A DNA stretch of 64,000 bases from assembly GCA_037439545.1 (NCBI GenBank), contig JBBIVV010000003.1, forward strand, positions 26,104 to 90,103, written 5' to 3'. Position numbers and translations under genes: made by a program. Positions 61,553-64,000 of this stretch are shown piece by piece. Origin of the DNA: a bacterium (lineage in GTDB: Bacteria; JAMCPX01). Position 1 is the stretch's first letter. Every line of letters begins with the position of its first letter. The notes under the pieces are model-generated. The model was not told where the DNA came from. It saw only the letters and a program-made list of their open reading frames with translations, and ran no database searches.

Positions 61553-62845
61553 TTAACCGAACACCTGTTTGTAGATATAATCTATGTAGTTGAAATGTGT
61601 CTCTATGCCGAGCATCTGCTGCATGCCGGTCTTCGTTATGAGCGAAGAAACCTTCTTGTCAAGGAGGAGTACATCCGCAAAGTCCTGGCTTTTGTCAAAC
61701 GCAGTGAAAGCGGCTTTTTGTATGATTGAGTATGCATCCTCACGTGCCATGCCTTTATCGATCAGTGCGAGCATGATTTTTTCCGAATCATAGAGACCTT
61801 TTGTAATAGAGAGATTTGCCTGCATCCTCTCTTCATGTACGACGAGTTTATCGACGAGCCATAGTGTCCTGTTCAGCATAAAATCCATAAGAATGGTTGC
61901 ATCGGGTGCAATGATCCGTTCAACGGATGAATGGCTTATGTCCCTTTCATGCCACAGCGGGATGTTCTCGAGTGCCGATATCAGGTAGGATCTTATTACC
62001 CTCGATAAACCGGTGAGGTTTTCAGAAAGTATCGGGTTGCGTTTATGCGGCATTGCCGATGAGCCTTTCTGTCCTTCGGTGAAGTATTCCTCGGCTTCCC
62101 TTACCTCTGTGCGCTGCAGGTGTCTTATTTCCACTGCAATTCTTTCGATGCCGGCCGCAAGTAGTGCGAGTGCTGAAAAATACTCCGCGTGCCTGTCTCT
62201 TGCTATCACCTGCGTAGAATAGGGTTCAACGTTCAATCCGAGTTTTTTGCACACGTGCCGTTCGATGGCAGGATCAATGTTGCCGTAGGTACCGACAGCC
62301 CCTTTGATCTTTCCGTACCTGACATTCTCGACTGCCCTTTCCATTCTCTCCCTGTTCCTTCGCATTTCTTCATACCATGATACGAACTTTAGTCCGAAGG
62401 TAATGGGTTCTGCATGGATGCCGTGGGTCCTGCCTATCATGGGCATGGATTTGTATTTCAGTGCCTTTTCTTTCAGTATTTTGAGTAACCGGTCAATATC
62501 ATCGAGTATAAGCTTTCCAGCCATGACGAGCTGGACTGCAAATGCAGTATCAAGGACATCCGATGAGGTAAGCCCCATGTGTATGAATCTTGCGTCTTCG
62601 CCGATCTTTTCCTTAACAGCGGTTAAGAGAGCTATGACATCATGTTTGACGACAAGCTCTATCTCATCGACCCTTTTTGCATCGAAGCCGGCATGTGCTT
62701 TAATGTTTTTCAGGGAGGCCGGAGGGATCTTGCCTGCCTCTGCATAAGCCTCACACGCGGCAAGCTCCACATCGAGCCATATCCTGTACTTCGACTCGTT
62801 CGTCCAAATATCAGCGCACTCTCTGCGACTGTACCTTTCTATCAT
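61553..62845 (-). CDS. purB: Adenylosuccinate lyase
   Basis: MIERYSR, HMGLTSSD, GRTHGIHAEP, GSSAMPHKRNP. Confidence 0.96.
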   Translation of the reverse strand: MIERYSRRECADIWTNESKYRIWLDVELAACEAYAEAGKIPPASLKNIKAHAGFDAKRVDEIELVVKHDVIALLTAVKEKIGEDARFIHMGLTSSDVLDTAFAVQLVMAGKLILDDIDRLLKILKEKALKYKSMPMIGRTHGIHAEPITFGLKFVSWYEEMRRNRERMERAVENVRYGKIKGAVGTYGNIDPAIERHVCKKLGLNVEPYSTQVIARDRHAEYFSALALLAAGIERIAVEIRHLQRTEVREAEEYFTEGQKGSSAMPHKRNPILSENLTGLSRVIRSYLISALENIPLWHERDISHSSVERIIAPDATILMDFMLNRTLWLVDKLVVHEERMQANLSITKGLYDSEKIMLALIDKGMAREDAYSIIQKAAFTAFDKSQDFADVLLLDKKVSSLITKTGMQQMLGIETHFNYIDYIYKQVFG

Positions 62846-63262
62846 AACAATGCTCCTTTATCCCGGATATCCGGTAACATGAGATTTTTACAGGTAATTG
62901 TTGAATTTCTTTGAGACACCCATAACCAGTTATTTTCATAATATAAGAATTATAAAATATCCATAAAAACAGATACGTCTAAAATAAGTCCTGTTCTAAT
63001 GCGGAGCGGGGCAGTTGGTCGCACTCATACCATCGATAAGTAAGTTAATTTTGGCTTTGTTGGTTATCCCACAATGGAGCCACTATTTCAGATTTCAACT
63101 AAATTTGGTATGCCCTTTCGAGATCGTTACCGTAAATCATTTATAGAAAGCCTTTTTTGTCCGGGCGGACCGATTTTGTCATTCAGGGGGCAAGACAATA
63201 AGCAAACGCGGCCATCCATGCGTACGGGAACATTCCCGGGTCCTCGATGCCAGGCTGCCTAA

Positions 63263-63290
63263 TTGACATAACCATCATAGTTGTTATACT
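63263..63290 (+). promoter_or_regulatory. sigma70-type promoter of the TA operon
   Basis: TTGACA-N16-TATACT with a TG extension; short ataac/gttat inverted repeat overlapping it (possible operator). Confidence 0.6.
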
Positions 63291-63307
63291 TACACAAGAG
63301 GTGTGAA

Positions 63308-63580
63308 ATGGTAAAAGAGCTTGCAGCATTAAAGATCAGGGGTAATCTCGGAGAAATACTCGAAGAAGTTTACTACAAAGGGCAGGAATTCATAATCAAA
63401 CGTGGCGAAAAACCTATGGCAGTATTGGTTCCTATTGACGAATTTGAGAACTTTAAAAAACAAAGAAAAGCGGACCTGTCGGCTTTTGACAAAATCAGGG
63501 CTAAAGCCAAGTTCTACTCACCGAAAGAGATCGAGGCTGATGTAGAAAAGGCAGTCAAAGAGGTCCGCAAGGGTGCATAG
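63308..63580 (+). CDS. Phd/YefM-family antitoxin
   Basis: R.NLGEILEEV...FIIKR..KPMAVLVP; ATG 63308 follows GAGG. Confidence 0.85.
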   Translation: MVKELAALKIRGNLGEILEEVYYKGQEFIIKRGEKPMAVLVPIDEFENFKKQRKADLSAFDKIRAKAKFYSPKEIEADVEKAVKEVRKGA

Positions 63581-63998
63581 GGTCGTTATAGACACCAATG
63601 TCTTCGTCAGCGGCATTATTCAGAGAAGGGGTTTCCCGTTCAACGTGATTAAGTTGTGGGAGGATGCCGCGTTTATTCTTATAACATCCGCCGCAATCAT
63701 AGAGGAAGCTCAAAGGGTTTTGAATTACCCGAGGATAAGAAAGAAGTATAAACTAACGGAAGACGACATTAATCACTCTATCTCAAATCTTCTTCAATAT
63801 TCTATTGTGGTGGAAGACCCTCCTGAAATAAATGCTGTCAAAGAAGACCCGGAAGACAACAAGATACTTGCAGCGGCGGTAGCGGGCAAGGCTGACTATA
63901 TAGTGTCTGGCGATGCGCACCTTTTAACGCTGGAGAGATTTCAGGAGATAGAGATCGTTACCACCAAAAGGTTTTACGAACTATTAATCGCGGATTGA
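63573..63998 (+). CDS. PIN-domain toxin (VapC-like, PIN_3 type)
   Basis: VVIDTNVFVSG; DPEDNKILAAA...ADYIVSGD.HLL; overlaps the antitoxin gene. Confidence 0.9.
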   Translation: MHRVVIDTNVFVSGIIQRRGFPFNVIKLWEDAAFILITSAAIIEEAQRVLNYPRIRKKYKLTEDDINHSISNLLQYSIVVEDPPEINAVKEDPEDNKILAAAVAGKADYIVSGDAHLLTLERFQEIEIVTTKRFYELLIAD

Positions 63999-64000
63999 AC

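Noticed and set aside
63074..63262. 62-aa ORF upstream of the TA pair
   Set aside because: It has no SD and no recognisable motifs, so it is probably spurious.

Overview
A 64 kb stretch of chromosome from a Gram-negative bacterium with moderate GC. The gene content (lpxH, HEAT/HD-GYP pair, TonB-like protein style, sigma54 promoter) looks deltaproteobacterial; this is inference. Core genes are rpsB-tsf-pyrH-frr, tyrS, groEL, dnaK, purB, hemW and lpxH. Accessory blocks are an ECF-sigma/anti-sigma-controlled MacAB-TolC-type exporter, an FHA-GAF adenylate cyclase with a pentapeptide-repeat partner, two tandem lipoprotein Ntn acylases, a cNMP/HD-GYP/DUF4912/GH57 operon and a PIN toxin-antitoxin pair. 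The most interesting block is 28.2-36.3 kb. There, duplicated and split secreted proteins sharing a C-terminal 'YKExISPMxPFED' tail are followed by two CsgG/PelC-like proteins, an outer-membrane beta-barrel, a short OPX and a Wzc, with a consensus sigma54 promoter before the second copy; it is a candidate protein-plus-polysaccharide surface anchoring system. Two smaller signals stand out: an amidohydrolase whose conserved N-terminus runs in frame from the frr stop codon with no canonical start codon, and a 111-bp inverted-repeat element inserted in frame into a GAF domain. I saw no CRISPR array, rRNA, intact tRNA, transposase or prophage. All family assignments come from motif recognition by eye, not database searches.
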